64,000 nt of DNA from Eledone cirrhosa (GCA_964016885.1 CAXHJY010000967.1:62001-126000); one strand, 5' to 3'. Shown: positions 41,574-55,697, counted from the first letter of the stretch. Notes: generated by a model not told the origin, from the sequence alone. Program-made: numbers and translations.

Positions 41574-43457
41574 ACTCATATTGTAAACCACGTAATGCTA
41601 AATGGTGTCATACTGATTGATTGGCATAGCAGCATCATTGTTAATTGCTACAAAGGTAAAGGAGATGCACTAGATAGAGAAAACTGTAGAGGCATCAAGT
41701 TGCTGGACCAGGTCATGAAGGTAACTCAAAGAGTTATAGCTCAGCAGATTAGGGACTGTGTTAAGCTAGATGAGATGCATTTCAGATTGGTGCCAGGTAA
41801 AGGTACCACTGGCACCCTCTTCTTTGTGAAGCAACTACAAGAGATGTACCTAGCTAAAAGTAAGCCCTTCTACCTGGCATTTGTTGACATGGAGAAAGCT
41901 TTTGACAGAGTCCCCCATACCATAATCTTGTGGGCTCTAAGAAAACTAGGAGTAGATGAGTGGCTTATGAAGGCTGTACAAGCCATATGTAGAGGAGCAG
42001 TTAGCAAAGTTAGGATCAACAATGACAATAGTGAAGAATTCAGAGTGCAGGTGGGTATCCCTCTCTTGTTTATTATTGTCCTGCAGGCTATAACAGAAGT
42101 TTAAGACTGGCTGCCCATGGGAACTCCTGTTTGCAGATGATTTAACATACATAGCTGAATCTATGACAGAATTAGAGAAGAAATTCCAAATCTGGAAGCA
42201 TGGCTGAGAATCAAAAGGTCTTAAAGTCAACCTGACAAAAAATAAAGTCCTTGTAAGTAGAAGGAAAAACATGGCTCTAGTATCCTCAGAGAAATGCCTT
42301 GTTCAGTGTACAGGAAAGACGTAGCTAGAAATTCCATCCTCTGTCTCAAATGCAAATTATGGGTACACAAGATGGAATGGGATCTCAGGTAGGTTAGGGC
42401 AGATTGTATAATGTGTGTATATGAACAGCAATGTTGCATGGTAGTGAGGCCTGGGAGCTGTGTGCAGAAGACCTGAGAAGAATGGAAAGAAATGAAGCTT
42501 GCATGCTTCGATGGATGTGTAATAGTAATATAAATGAATGGCAAAGCATAAATGAACTTAGAGAGAAACTGGGCATAGGAGGGATCAGGTGCAGTGTGTA
42601 GGAAAGGAGATTGCATTGGTATGGACATGTGTTGCATATGAAGGATGAAAGCTATATAAAAAGGTTGCAGAGCACTCAAAGTTGATGGAAGCTATGGAGG
42701 AAGAAACCCTAGGAAGACTTGGGATGAAGTGATAAAAGCTGACCTTGCACAATTGCACCTCTCAAAGGAGATGACACAGGACTGAGATCTCTGGCATTAT
42801 GCAGTATTAGAGAAGATCAACATTCTCCTGTGCACATGTTGAAACAAACATCTGCTATGCACCTTCACATCCCACTCACGTCCCCAGCCCACACTGTAAA
42901 TGTGGTTGGCATTAGAAAGGGCATCCAGTTGTAGAAACCAAACCAGAACCAGTTCTCTATGAGCAAGACACTGCTTTACAGCAGTGAAACGTGGACTATT
43001 GACAAAGTGCTATGCAAGAGACTTGACGGATGTTATACGAGGATGCTGAGAATGGCTCTCAACATTTCTTGGAAACAGAAGCCGACAAATAAAGAACTAT
43101 ACAGGTCACTGCCACCAGTCTCAAAAAGAGTTGCCTGCCGATGAATGAAACTGGCTGGGCACTGCATCCGTCATCCAGAAGAGACAGCATCACAACTTGT
43201 GCTCTGGAAACCGGCGGTCGGATGAAGAAGCGTGGACAGACAGGCCGTCTCATTCATTGAAACCCTGCTGAGAGATGCCAACATTGATAACATCGACGAA
43301 CTGAGAAATGTCATGCTCAACCAGGACAATTGGAGAAAGCGTGCTGAATCTTTGCGAGTGTAAACTCGGCTGAAGAAGAAGACACGGTCACCTGATCTGA
43401 CTTGTCTCACAATGGGACAACTTGTCTAACCGATGCTAGTGAGGAAAAATGAACCTT
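41574..43457 (+). mobile_element. Decayed RTE LINE with internal deletions, carrying a nested LINE in its 3' UTR
   Basis: ORF 41595-42104 RT motifs (FVDMEKAFD), LFADD; stops and frameshifts; 3' UTR resumes at 43381. Confidence 0.9.
42972..43380 (+). mobile_element. Nested 5'-truncated LINE (RTE/RTEX-like C-terminus, (GAA)n tail)
   Basis: LLYSSETWT...RLDGCYTRMLRMALNISW...LAGHCIRHPEE; target-site duplication AAGACAC at 42965-42971 and 43379-43385. Confidence 0.85.
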
Positions 43458-43478
43458 AAACGGTAATGATGATATGAT

Positions 43479-43517
<39 letters not shown>

Positions 43518-43559
43518 AAGTACTATAGTTAATACAAAGCATTGTGAGATATGTAATAA

Positions 43560-43816
43560 ATGACTGACAGGTTTCAAAAAGCCAGTACAATGTGGTAGAA
43601 ATATATAAAGGGCAAAGGATGACAAAACAGAACAAAGTAATGTTTTACCCCAGTATATTTTGACATGATATTTCAGGGCTAACACCATCTTTTCCAATGA
43701 AAAATGGAAAAGAAGGTAATAGCCCTGAAATATCATGTAATATTACTATTAGACATCCTTTGCCCTTTACATATTTCTATTGCATTGTACCGGATTTTTA
43801 AAACCTTTCAGTCATA
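43560..43816. repeat. Palindromic MITE-like element; half copy at about 41283-41410
   Basis: tgactga...gtacaatg...aaagggcaaaggatg...atgatatttcagggcta versus tagccctgaaatatcat...catcctttgcccttt...tcagtca. Confidence 0.75.
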
Positions 43817-44427
43817 TAGTGTGTGTGTGTGTGTGTGAATTTAAATAATTTTGAAAACCATACAATGCATTAGAGCACCTACCACTGGTAGGGCAGACAA
43901 TAGATTCAAGATCAGATATCATACACACAACCAATTATTTGGAATCTGCCTAGAAGGAATATAGCTTCATTCTCAACTTACACTTGGAGGTTGAAAGACA
44001 GGAACTTTCAGAATGATTTTCAATGGAGAATTTTGATAAAGATCAAATCATATAATGGTAATACTAAAAAAATAAAACAAATGATTCAATTTATGACCTT
44101 TTCAAGTATTGGAGTCCTTCTTTGCTAAAAACTTAATCCTTAAGATTTTTGACACGATTCCAGTATATAAATGTAGGATATACGAGAGTTATATCATTTA
44201 TCCAAACAAATGATGGTTATTTATCTTTGTCTATATGCCAAACATATAGTATATCTTTCTTGATGTGGTGACTATGAACTATTGAGACTGTGAAATTTAT
44301 TTTGTTTAGATTTATGTAAACAATCTATTAAAGCTATTTCTTTGAATTATAAATATAATGTATATACATATTAGTGAGTACATTTGCATTTGTGTTTGTG
44401 TGTGTATATACACACGAGAGAGAGAAA

Positions 44428-45617
44428 GGAGTATTTGAGGACACTTATCAGTATATTATTCTCTTCAAACTAATTAAAAGTATTATATTTCTCACAGATC
44501 CCAGATGGCAGATAAAATGCTAACACAGAAATGAAAAGACATACAGTCATTGTTGTAATATATGCAGAACACAGCAATTTAGAAATTGCAACTTTTCTAA
44601 ATGTTGCAAGGTCTTTTGAATACAAAGTTTGAATGATATTAGAAGCCTCTGGAGGGAATGTTTGAACTGTTTCAAAGAGAAAAAAAAATATTCTAAGCGA
44701 TCAGACACTATAAAGACACAATCAACTCAAAACATTATTGATGATCATCCTAGAAAATCAATGGGGGCCATCGTCAAAGAACTTCAGGTGTCAGAATGTA
44801 CTATCAGAATTGTGGTGTGTGACGACCTTCAATATATGTCATATGTACTGAGGAGAGGCTAATTCATATATGAAAAACACAGGAAAACCATTTGATCTGT
44901 GCTTAAGTGCTAACTTAACAAGGTTAAAAACCCTCATGAACATGGCATGCCTTAGTTCTTCTCTGATGAGAAAAACTTCAATCAAGACCAAAAGTCTAAC
45001 AGCAGAAATGACAGATAGTTATGTGCAGATCTTTCTCATGGCCTCAGAGTAATGCACACTCAGTTTCCAGCATCAGTGATGGTTTTAGGAGTGGTAAATA
45101 ACGAAGGTCATGTCGTGCCACCTCACATCTTTCAACAGGATCTCAGAATTAATGCTACTGGATATTTTGAGGAGCTGGAGACAGTTGTTAAGCTCTGAAT
45201 GGATGAAGTAAGCAGTGTAAGGCTATATATGTTTCAACAAGACAGTATAACGCAAGATTTACATTCATGTTACACCAAACTTGAGGTTTCTAAGCTCACC
45301 AGATTTAAATCCCATACACTACTACATCTGGAGCATTGTTGAACAGGAGATAAATCAATATCCTTACATTACCATAGCTTCACTGAAGACTGCTATTGTC
45401 CAGGTAATTTTCAAAATAAATAAGGACCATTTACTGCAGGCATATCAATGATTCCAGTCTCATAGTGAAGCAGTCATCGACACTAAAGGTAGATTCATGG
45501 AATAATCTTATAAAGAAGCTTATTGATAACATGTGCACAATTTTTATATTAAAACATTTGGTTTTTGCTAGATTAGAGTTGTTTTATTAAATTACAAAAT
45601 ATGTCCTCAAATACCCC
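44428..45617 (+). mobile_element. Decayed Tc1/mariner-superfamily DNA transposon (maT/DD37D-like), second family member
   Basis: Partial TIR GTATTTGAGGACA at both ends; FFSDEKNF, FQQDS, SPDLNP remnants. Confidence 0.85.
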
Positions 45618-45654
45618 ATACATCTGTCTAGGGTGGGTAAAATTCCCGAGATCC

Positions 45655-45865
45655 ATGGACGAGTTCTCTCCAGCGGTCTCTGTCCCTCATTATCGCTGTC
45701 ATGTCCTGCGTCTCCAACAGACCAGTGTGTGTCCTTAGGGCATTAACATGTTAACTTCGGTCTTCCTCTTCCAGTGTCCATGCAGGGGCTCCCACAGGAG
45801 CACTGAGTGTCAGTCAACTCTGGATGTCGGTGAGCATGTCCAGCTAACCTCAGTCTCCTCTGTGG
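45655..45865 (-). mobile_element. RTE/RTEX-like LINE 3' fragment
   Basis: RRLRLAGHAHRHPEL...LLWEPLHG...MRDRDRWR. Confidence 0.75.
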
Positions 45866-46335
45866 AGGGGTAGGTATAACATAGCATGATTCATAATAGA
45901 GCTGCACATGAAGGTCTATACAATTTGTTTATGTACAACAAACATACAAGTGCCTCGTTTGGAATGCTATTAAGCTGTGATCATGCCACAGCCAGTAAGA
46001 ATGCCAGACAGATGATTCTGGATTTTTATCTGACAATGGTGACATTTTCTCACGCAGTACTGAGACAAAAATAAGCTAAAAGCTTATATGCTTTTTTGTA
46101 TATGAAACATTGGCTAGAGATGCTCATTTGCATATAGTGCAAAAAATAACATCATTTGGAGATGCTCAACTGGCAGGGATTGATTAGTTAAACTTGACTG
46201 GCAAAAATTAATTAAAAATAGCACTAAGATGTGTGGCTCATAATAGGGGTGAACATGAAACCATATACAATATGTTTACATACAATAAACATACAACAGT
46301 TTCACTATGAATGTTTTAAGCTGTATGTAGATGTG

Positions 46336-46371
<36 letters not shown>

Positions 46372-46372
<1 letters not shown>

Positions 46373-46692
46373 GGGTACAAGCCGAAGCTGAAGCATATAG
46401 ACAATATGCCCCCACACCCTCCCACTGCAAAGTGGTCGTGGAGGTGCCACGGGAAAAAAGCACCCAGCCCACACTGTAAAGTGGATGTGTAGGCGCCACA
46501 GAAAAAAAAGCACCCAGCACTCACTGTAAATGAGGTTGGTGTTAGGAAGGGCATCCAGCTGTAGAAATCAAGCCAGAATCAGTTCCCGTATGAGCAAGAC
46601 AAGGTCAGCTGACCGGACACTGCTCACAACAGGATAACTTGTCTAACCCATGCTAGCGTGGAAGAACGGATGTAAAACGCTGATGATGATGA
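46372..46692 (+). mobile_element. RTE 3'-UTR/SINE-like insertion in (TA)n
   Basis: Close match to 22600-22860; GAT tail; TA repeats on both sides. Confidence 0.75.
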
Positions 46693-47942
46693 TATACATA
46701 TATTTATATATATATGTATATATATGTATATGAGTAAGGTAGCTGCGCTGGTGCCATAATAAAATGCACTCAGTGCACATGGTAAAGTGGTTGGCATTAG
46801 GAAGGGCATCTAGCCATGAAACCATGCCAAAATGAAACATATGAGCAAGACATGACAATCTAACCCATCAATATAATACATGTGTATATATATATTTATA
46901 TAACAGTAACAATGAAAAATACACAAATTATGAGAACAACAGGCATAAAAGTAATAACAGAGCAAACACCTATTATAATGAACTAAACAACCTACACATC
47001 AGAAATCGGCCTGACTTAAATCATAAATCTAAGGTTTATACAAACATTTTAGTGAGAAAATTTAACTAAAACCTTACTAGTTTTAACCTATAAATCTCCC
47101 TGCTTCTTTAACAGTTTCTAACCCAAACACTAATATAATGATTATCATAACAAATGCTTTCGTCTTCCACTGAACCGTAACTAATTTAAACAACACTTCT
47201 TTACAATGGTAAATCAGTAATTCCATATTTACTCTATCTTAAAGGTCACTTTAAATTAAATCTTTTTTTGCTTACCCCCAAACCTAGTCCATATCCTCTT
47301 CCATTCTTCCTATATAATCTAGGAATAGTTATCCGCATATCCACTATGTGATGCATCTACATATATTGGTACGCACTTACACTTATATTTACAAGCATAT
47401 ATATGTGTGTGTGTGTTTGATGCATATTTTCGTGAATTAGTACATGTAATATAGGTGTATTTTAACTATAAACCTAACAAACTGACCTCAATTTAATAGC
47501 AACTAAATGGTTTATTTTTATTAGTCCTTTAAGCTGTACATGAGATTCCTCACATTTATATTTATACTATGATGTAATAACTATATGTGGCCATGTATTC
47601 TTATAAAGTTGTGCTTAGAGACTTAGGCAAATTACATTATATATCCCTAATTCACAAGTGTAATGATTTACACAGCCATATGCGAGTTAAAAAAAAATAT
47701 ATATACATACATATATACACACACATCTGAGCACCACTTTACTGCCGTAATCCATAGTAAGAATATAATTGTTTGTTAAACACCTCCCTAAACCAACACC
47801 AGGTATATTATTTAACTACCACCAATGAACATTCCTCTAACAATTACAAGAAATACTAATAATAATAAGACATACTGCTTTTTACCTCAACTTAAAAACA
47901 CACACTGTTACGACTTTATACTTCTATTCTGCTTCACTTGCA

Positions 47943-48243
47943 TTGTCGAGGTTAACTTTGTCTTTCATCCTTACGGGGTCGATAAAATAAAGTACCAGTA
48001 ATGTACCGAGTAATTGCTGGCCTTGTGCCAAAAGTAGAAACAATTATTTATGTGCTTGCTTATAGGGTGGATTGGCAGTATCAGTAGAGTGTCAGACTCT
48101 ATGCTTTGCAGCCTTTTACGTTCTAAGTTGAAATCCTGCCGAGATTAACTTTGCCTTTCATCCTTACAGGGTTGATAAAATAAAGTAGCAGTAATGCACT
48201 AGGATAATTGCTGGCTTTGTGCCAAAATTAGAAACAATTATTT
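47943..48243 (+). mobile_element. Two tandem SINE family A copies (first 5'-truncated)
   Basis: Two central domains and tails, at 47943-48050 and 48063-48243. Confidence 0.85.
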
Positions 48244-51059
48244 ATGTTCAATATTTGATACTGATTGTATTCTTGAAATATGTATTTGGTTAAATTCAAT
48301 CCCTTTTAATAATTCCTGATGATATGGAAGTGTTTATGTATTATGTGTGTTGTGTAAGTAATTCTTAATTAACTGTTTCTGATTGACTTGTTTACACATG
48401 CATGTAGAATTATTACCCGTATAGAAACGATTGTAGATATTAAAATAACTTTGGTGGTTCTCTTCATTTTAAATATTTATGCTCTGCTACCCTCACTGTC
48501 CTCAACAGCAAGAACTTTTAACCTTCGAAAGAGTATTTTGTTTGTTTTGAATTTCTAATGTACTAAGGACTTTAAGCAATCATTGAGCTTTTCTCACCTT
48601 ACCAAAAGTAATAGTGGGTTATTCCATTATAATCACTTACACACACACACATATATATATATATATAAATATAAATATAAAGCACCCATATGTATTGTCA
48701 AATTATATGAACACAGATTAAAAGTAAAAATATGCAAATGAAATATGCAAGCAGTTTTATAATCATAAAATAATTGAAAGTTTATACACCTCAAAAAAAA
48801 AAAAAAAAAAAAAAAATCATTATTATTATTCTAAATAATAATAGGAAATAAATTATAAATGAGGAAAATCAAATTGATTAAATGAATTAAAAGAAAAGAT
48901 ATTTTAAAACAAGATAGAAATAGTGGATGCTGATAGGACATGAAAAATAACACAAACTTCATTTTTGAAATAACAGACAGTCCTATGCGAGCAAGACAAC
49001 CACTCTTGCCTCAAGTGGGAAAACCCCCGTCCAAACCCATGCAAGCGTGGAACACGGACGCTAAACCTGATGATGATGATGATGATGAACTACTCCTTGC
49101 TCATCATCACTTCAACTTCATTAATAAAATAGTATTTACTCTTGGTTTGGCTACTTCATTGATGAAAACACCAGACAATCTACTTATATTTCATTCAGAA
49201 GATATTTGAATAACACCAGACTCTTGACTTTTACATCCTTGTCAAGACAAACACTTGATCCTTTTACTAGATTATCTTAGCATTAGTTGCATAGACAGTC
49301 AATCAAACTCCTTTAACTCTGTTTAAGAGATATTATTGTATATTGTGTAGTAGCTAAAGTTCTTTGCAGTAGCTTAAAAACACTGGAATTAACAAATTTT
49401 AAAGAAAAATATTGTAGTTGAATGTACTGTTGTTGAAAAGCCCTACTCTTATTAAAACGAATATATTGACTGAATGATAAATACGTTTATATTTAAACAA
49501 TATTGGTGCAGATGTAGAGTACATGACTCCAGAATCACAAGATGCTCAAATCTTTATCCCCTTTTATATATCTCCAAAAAAATGTTTTTTTACAAGATGG
49601 TACTAAAGTCTAATTATGAGATATCTCATAACAATTACTTGTCCAAAATATATCTTGGGGTTTGAAGGATTAGCAAACAACAGGAATCTAGTAACTCCAG
49701 CTAATTGTTTTAAATTTTCTGTTAACTATGCTACCAGAAAATAGCAGGCAAGTCTTCCTTAAATCACACACTATCATCTTAAAATAGGACTCATTCAACA
49801 ATGTAGTGACAGATAAGGGATGGTCATGAGTGGAATGCTATCAATCATAGATTTGTTTAATCAGGATTGACTTAAGTTTTAACAACCACTTAATAACGAA
49901 GTCAGATACAGACTTAAAACAAACATCCTTATCTCCCATGGAGACATAACTGTATAAAAAAAAAATAAAAAGGTAACTATTGTATGGTCCAAGGCCCGTC
50001 TGTTACTGCCATCTCAGATAGGTGTAATATTACATCCAAACTGGACAAGTTATTTAGAGCAAAAGGAAGCTCTTGGCAAGTTAAGACGGCAACCTTGTTT
50101 TGATTCTCATTTGAGTCAAGTTCACAACACTTTTGATAGTAATGCATTTAGCAAAGGTACACGTGTTACTTAGTTTTCCCCTACATGTAAATTATGCTGG
50201 TTTGTGTCCATCTAAAAGAAGCTATTAAATAAAATCCAACATCTATATAAGAATCTTAGAAAATAGGTTTCTTTTTTAAATTTAATATTTGATTTCTTTT
50301 AATTTTGTTTGGTTTTATAAATGTATGCCTCAAAGAAATAGTATATTTCCAGGATACTTGAATTATCATTGTCATTCCATCATTGTTTTTATGTCTGCTT
50401 TTCTATGTTGGCATAGGCAGGACAGACTTTTTGATGCAAGATTTTATGGCCAAATGCCTTCCTTAACACTAACCCTTTTAGTCACCTCTTAGACATGCAG
50501 GGTTAGGACTTTGTGTAGAAGATGATAAATGAAGCAGCAAGACAAACTAGACTTAAAAAGTCACCACAAACTGAACATGAAAAGCAATGTATTTAACCTT
50601 TTTGCTATCAAACAAACAGAAACTGCCCCAAGTTCTATTGTACACAGTAATTTATTTCAAAGTATTTATCATCATTATCATCATTTTACGTCTGCTTTTC
50701 CCTGCTTGCAAGGGTGGGACAGGTCTATATTCAGCACAACATATCTCCACTTGTTACGGTCCTTCGTCATCTCCTCCGTGAATTTCAGCGATCTATCTAA
50801 AATTATTTATCATAATTGTATATCAGAACCTTTGTTAATTTATATTCCAAACAGCTGCTTAATAAGGAGAAAGTTAGTTATATTACTAATATTACTAAAT
50901 CTTTCCAAATTCTTCATTATTTAAAAATCATAAGTAGTGTTTTCATCATAAATATGGCAACAAAACAGTTAAGAGATATTTTGTTATTCTTTAACTAGCT
51001 TCACTCATTGAACTGTGACCATGCTGGAGCACCACAATTAAGGGTTTAGTTAAATATAT

Positions 51060-51230
51060 GTGTCAGACATGCTTTGTGGCATACAGTTCAAATCCTGCTG
51101 AAATTAGCTTTGCTTTTCATCCTTACAGGGTAATGAAATAAAATACCAGTAACACACTGGGGTCAATTTAATTGACTTTCTCCTGCCCTCAAAATTGCTG
51201 GCCTTGTTCTAAAAGTAGAAACAATTATTA
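51060..51230 (+). mobile_element. SINE family A
   Basis: B box, central domain and tail. Confidence 0.8.
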
Positions 51231-51426
51231 CTATGACTGCTAATATTAATACTGTTACTATTTGTTAAAGTTTTTATACTCAGTATAAATGTAAAGTAAC
51301 TGAAAATGAATTTCCCACCCACTTCACTCACCAATAAGGTTTGAAAACTTCAAGCAGTCCTAAGCAATGAAGACTTTTTTCCTATTTTGATACAAGTCAA
51401 CCGAGTGTCAGGAATTTGACACTCAC

Positions 51427-51463
51427 CACTGATGACAATTATAATGGCCTCCCACCGTTGATT
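51427..51463 (-). CDS. Candidate 37-nt MKK7 5' exon (NQRWEAIIIVIS in the frame joining the 39190 exon)
   Basis: Poly-T tract plus tatag acceptor; consensus G|GTGAGT donor; IIIVIS recalls the IIVIT of vertebrate exon 2. No transcript evidence. Confidence 0.4.
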
Positions 51464-51559
51464 CTATAATTAAAAAAAAAAAGGGTTTTAAATTAAATTT
51501 ATACCTTTCATTATAATTTTGTGTAAGAACCTTTTTCTTAAGTAATGTCCCAAACACCA

Positions 51560-53530
51560 ATTTAACCTTTTTAATACCATTCCGCGAGAAGTGAATGTAT
51601 GCTGTGTACAAGATGGAGGGGTGCCTCAGTAAGACTACTCCCAGGCAAACAGCATAGATACAAACTTTACTGGGTAGGAAATGATAACGGGGCATGTTGT
51701 GTAGGCATTCTGTTTGCTGAGAAATAAGGTTTTAGAGGTAGTTAGAGTAAGTGACAGAATTATTAAGTTTAGAATAGCTGTAGGAAATAGAATGGTGACA
51801 ATTACATCTACCTATTCACCACAGACAGGACTGAGTAAAGAACAAAAGAGACAGGTTCTATGAGGAACTTTTACTGACAATCTCAGATACTGACGAATGA
51901 GACTTCATCATCTTGACAGGTGACTTCAATGAACATGCTGGACAGCATCAGAATGGATTCACTGGAGTTCCCAGCGGCTATTGTTATGGCTCCTAGAATT
52001 CCGTAATACAAATGAACTAACTATTTACAACACAAATTTCAGGAAACCGTCTAGCCATCTGATCACATAGCAATCAGGCGAATACATAACCCAGATTGAT
52101 TTCTTACTTGTAAGACAAGATAAACAGGCAGTAATAAAGGTTAAAGCCTTCCCTGAAGAAGAATGTGCTGCCCAACACAAGTTAGTTATTAGTGACATCA
52201 GACTAAACACAAGACAGAACAAGATACACAGGAAAACATAGAGATGGAGGGTATAGAAGCTAAAGGACCTTTCAGTTAAATATAGGTTTAGAAAGGCCCT
52301 ATGGAATGCATTTGATGTGAGAAGTGACGAGCTAGATACCTATGATATAGAGGACAACTGGAAATTCTTCCTGCAAAGCACCAGCTTTGGAAGACAGTGG
52401 AAGAGCACAGTAGATAGAGCCATTAAAGCCAAGAAACAGGCGTGGAAAGACTAGAAAAACAGTGGTAGCAGAGACCAGTACCAGGTAGTTAAGAGAAAAG
52501 CTAAATGACAGCTATTTGCAGCTTGGAGAAAGGCTGAAAATAGAAAGTTTTCCAATGTCTTGCAACATGAGCACCAGGGACATGAGGTGTTCTGCATCAC
52601 AAGACAGTGTGTCACTATGAATTGGGATGTTGTTGGGGAAAAGTGTGTTAGAAATGATGCCAGGTGCATTTAGCACCACTGATGTCCAAAAGAAAGAAGC
52701 CTGGAAATGTTACTATGAGAGACTGATGAATGTAGAGAATGAACGGGAGGAGGAGAGACTACCCCCAACTTACCCAAGAGAAAGACCAGCTATTGAAGTT
52801 GACAGTTACAGGGTCAAAGAAGCAATTAAGGAGATGAAGATTGGTAAAGCTGCAGGACCATTAGAGATAGTTGTTAAGATGGTAAAAGCATCGAGAGAAG
52901 TAAGAGTCAAATTAGTAACCTGCATAATCAATCAGGTAATACAGGACGAAGTCATACCCAATGACTGGCACAGCAGTACAATCATAAATTGCTACAAGGG
53001 CAAAGATAATGCTCTAGAAAGGGGCAACGATAGAGGAATAAAACTAGTGGATTAAGTTATGAAAGTGATGGAAAGAGTTATAGTACAGCTAATTAGGGAA
53101 AGAATCAAATTAGATGAGATGCAGTTTGGTTTCATGCCTGGGAAAATTACTACAGATGTCCTCTTTTTAGTGAGACTACTACAAGAGAAGTTCCAAGCCG
53201 AGAATAAGATGCTATATTTAGCTTTTGTTGATCTAGAAAAGACCTAACAGAGTACCTCAATCTATTATCTGGTGATCCTTAAGGAAATTAGATATAGAAG
53301 GATGGCTTGTGAGAGTAGTGCAAGGCATGTACAGAGGAGCTGTCAGTAAAGTGAGAGTGGGAAGTGAGTTTAGTGAGGAATTCAAGTTTCGGGTAGGAGC
53401 CCATTAGGGCTCGGTTCTTAACTGACTGCTATTCATCATAGTTCTCCAGGCCATAACAGAGGAGTTTAAGACTGGCTGTCCATGGGAACTCTTTATGCAA
53501 GTCACCTGGTTGTTATAGTTGAAGCAGAGT
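51560..53530 (+). mobile_element. Old RTE LINE: endonuclease remnant plus RT N-terminal half, 3' end lost
   Basis: LTGDFNEH, QIDFLLVR, ORFs 52627-53055 and 53059-53247, ending after GCPWEL; many stops. Confidence 0.85.
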
Positions 53531-53682
53531 AACATTTACACTAATATGTCAAGACATTCATATGTCAGTGTTATATGAATATCTAACATGAAAATTAACA
53601 TATTGAAAAAGTACATGATGAAATTATACAATTGAAATCTTTAACCAGAAATTTAATGAATTCTAATTCAGCACCTAAATAA

Positions 53683-54076
53683 CTATTTCTACTTTTGGCA
53701 CAAAGCCAGTCATTTTAAGGGAAGGAGAAAGTCAATTAAATCCGTATGGATGAAAGACAAAGCTAACTGTGGCAGGATTTGAACTCAGAATGTAAAGAGC
53801 CATAACTCTATGCTACAAAGCATGTTGTCTGAAGCTCTGCCAATGCTGCCAATCCATTGCCCTAATAATAATGGTTTCTTATATAGGCACAAGGCCAGAA
53901 ATTTGGGAGGAGGGGAAAGTCAATTAAATCGATCGCAGTACAGTACTGGTACTTTATTTTACCGACCCCGTAAGGATGAAAGGCAAAGTTAACCTCAGCA
54001 GGATTTGAAATCAGTATGTAAAGGGTCATAGCTCTGCCATGAAGCATGGTGTCTGACGCTCTACCAATCCACCACC
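53683..54076 (-). mobile_element. Two tandem SINE family A copies
   Basis: 53683-53860 (internally deleted) and 53865-54076. Confidence 0.85.
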
Positions 54077-54435
54077 ATAATAACAACATATTTATCAGTA
54101 ACAAAAAAGATACAATTGTTAATTGTTGACAAATACAGAAAATAATTTGGTGTGAATCAATAATGAAAGCTTTGAAATAAAAGGAAGAATAAAACCCTTT
54201 TATCTCACTAACCAGAGATGAAGAAACTACAAAGCTATTAAGATGATATACCTTTCAAATATATATATATATATATATTCCGTCATTATGATAATGGAAG
54301 CCTGATGAGCTTTTGATTCTAGAGTTGGGCTCGATTGACACAGATCAAACCTTGAGCTGATCAATCGTGAAAAGTGTGTCACACCTCAATAAATGTAATG
54401 AAAATTTGACACCTCGGCCATATTATAATATATAT

Positions 54436-55461
54436 ATCATCATCATCATCATCATCAGCGTTTAACGTCCGTGTTCCACGCTTGCATGGGTTTGGACGGG
54501 GGTAGTCCCACTTGAGGCAAGAGTGATTGTCTTGCTCGCATAGGACTGTCTGGCAGGTTTTCTACAGTTGGATGCCCTTCCTAACACCAACCACATTTAC
54601 AGTGTGGGTCTGGGAGGTTTTTACCGTGTTGCCTACACGGCCACATTACAGCGTGGACTGTGTGTTTTTTTGTCGTGACACCTACACGATCTCATTTGTT
54701 TCGGCCTCGATGGCGTGGCACCAACATAACTTTACATAGAACGGGGTGGTGTGGATCGGGTGGGGGTGGTGGGACGGGGTGTATTTGTTAGAGATGCCTA
54801 CTGGCTGGAGTAGGTTTTACTATATATTTAGGTAAGGCGGGTCTTCTCTGTTACTGAGTACCGCCAAAGGTCTCGGTCCAGTGACATTGTCTTGGAGAGG
54901 TGTAAGTGTGTGATGTCGGAGTTTATCAGCTCGTCCCAGGTTTTTCTAGGTCTGCCTATTCCGTGACTACCGTCTATCTTTATTGCCCTGCACTTTGTTA
55001 TACAGCTATCGACTTTCATGCGCATCACGTGTCCATACCAACGTAGCCTTCTCTCGAGTAAACAACATCTGATCCCTCTTATCTCTAATTTATTCCTTAG
55101 TTCGTTTATGCTTTGCCGTTCACGTATATTACTGTTACACATCCAGCGGAGCATGCAAGCTTCGTTCCTCTCTAGTCTGCGTATATCCTCTGCACACAAT
55201 GCCCAGGTCTCACTGCCATGCAGCATTGCTGTTCGTATGCAGGCATCGTACAACCTGCCTTTCATTTTTAGTGAGAACCCTTTAGCAGCTAATAGTGGTA
55301 TAAGCTCTCTGAACTTTTTCCAACCAGTTCTGACTCTAGCTACAGTACTTTCAGAGCACCCTCCCCCACTGCTGATTTTATCGCCCAGGTAACGGAAGCT
55401 GTCCACTATTTCTATAGAACCCTCTGCGCAATTGAAAGAGCTAGTAGTTTGTGGGCACTTG

Positions 55462-55463
<2 letters not shown>
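54436..55463 (-). mobile_element. RTE-clade LINE 3' fragment, same subfamily as 5054-7462
   Basis: Reverse complement of about 6428-7462 with few differences; ORF 54828-55406; (GAT)n tail; 5' end abuts (TA)n. Confidence 0.95.
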
Positions 55464-55537
<74 letters not shown>

Positions 55538-55639
55538 CTCAGCTACTTAAGTAGGACGAGAATTGTCAGGAGGGAAAAGAACCTTTATTATAAATATATA
55601 AAAGAATTTATGATTTAACATATACTATCATATTTGTAC

Positions 55640-55697
<58 letters not shown>

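Noticed and set aside
54301-54385. CTGATGA...GAAA with short stems
   Set aside because: Spacing and pairing do not fit hammerhead topology.
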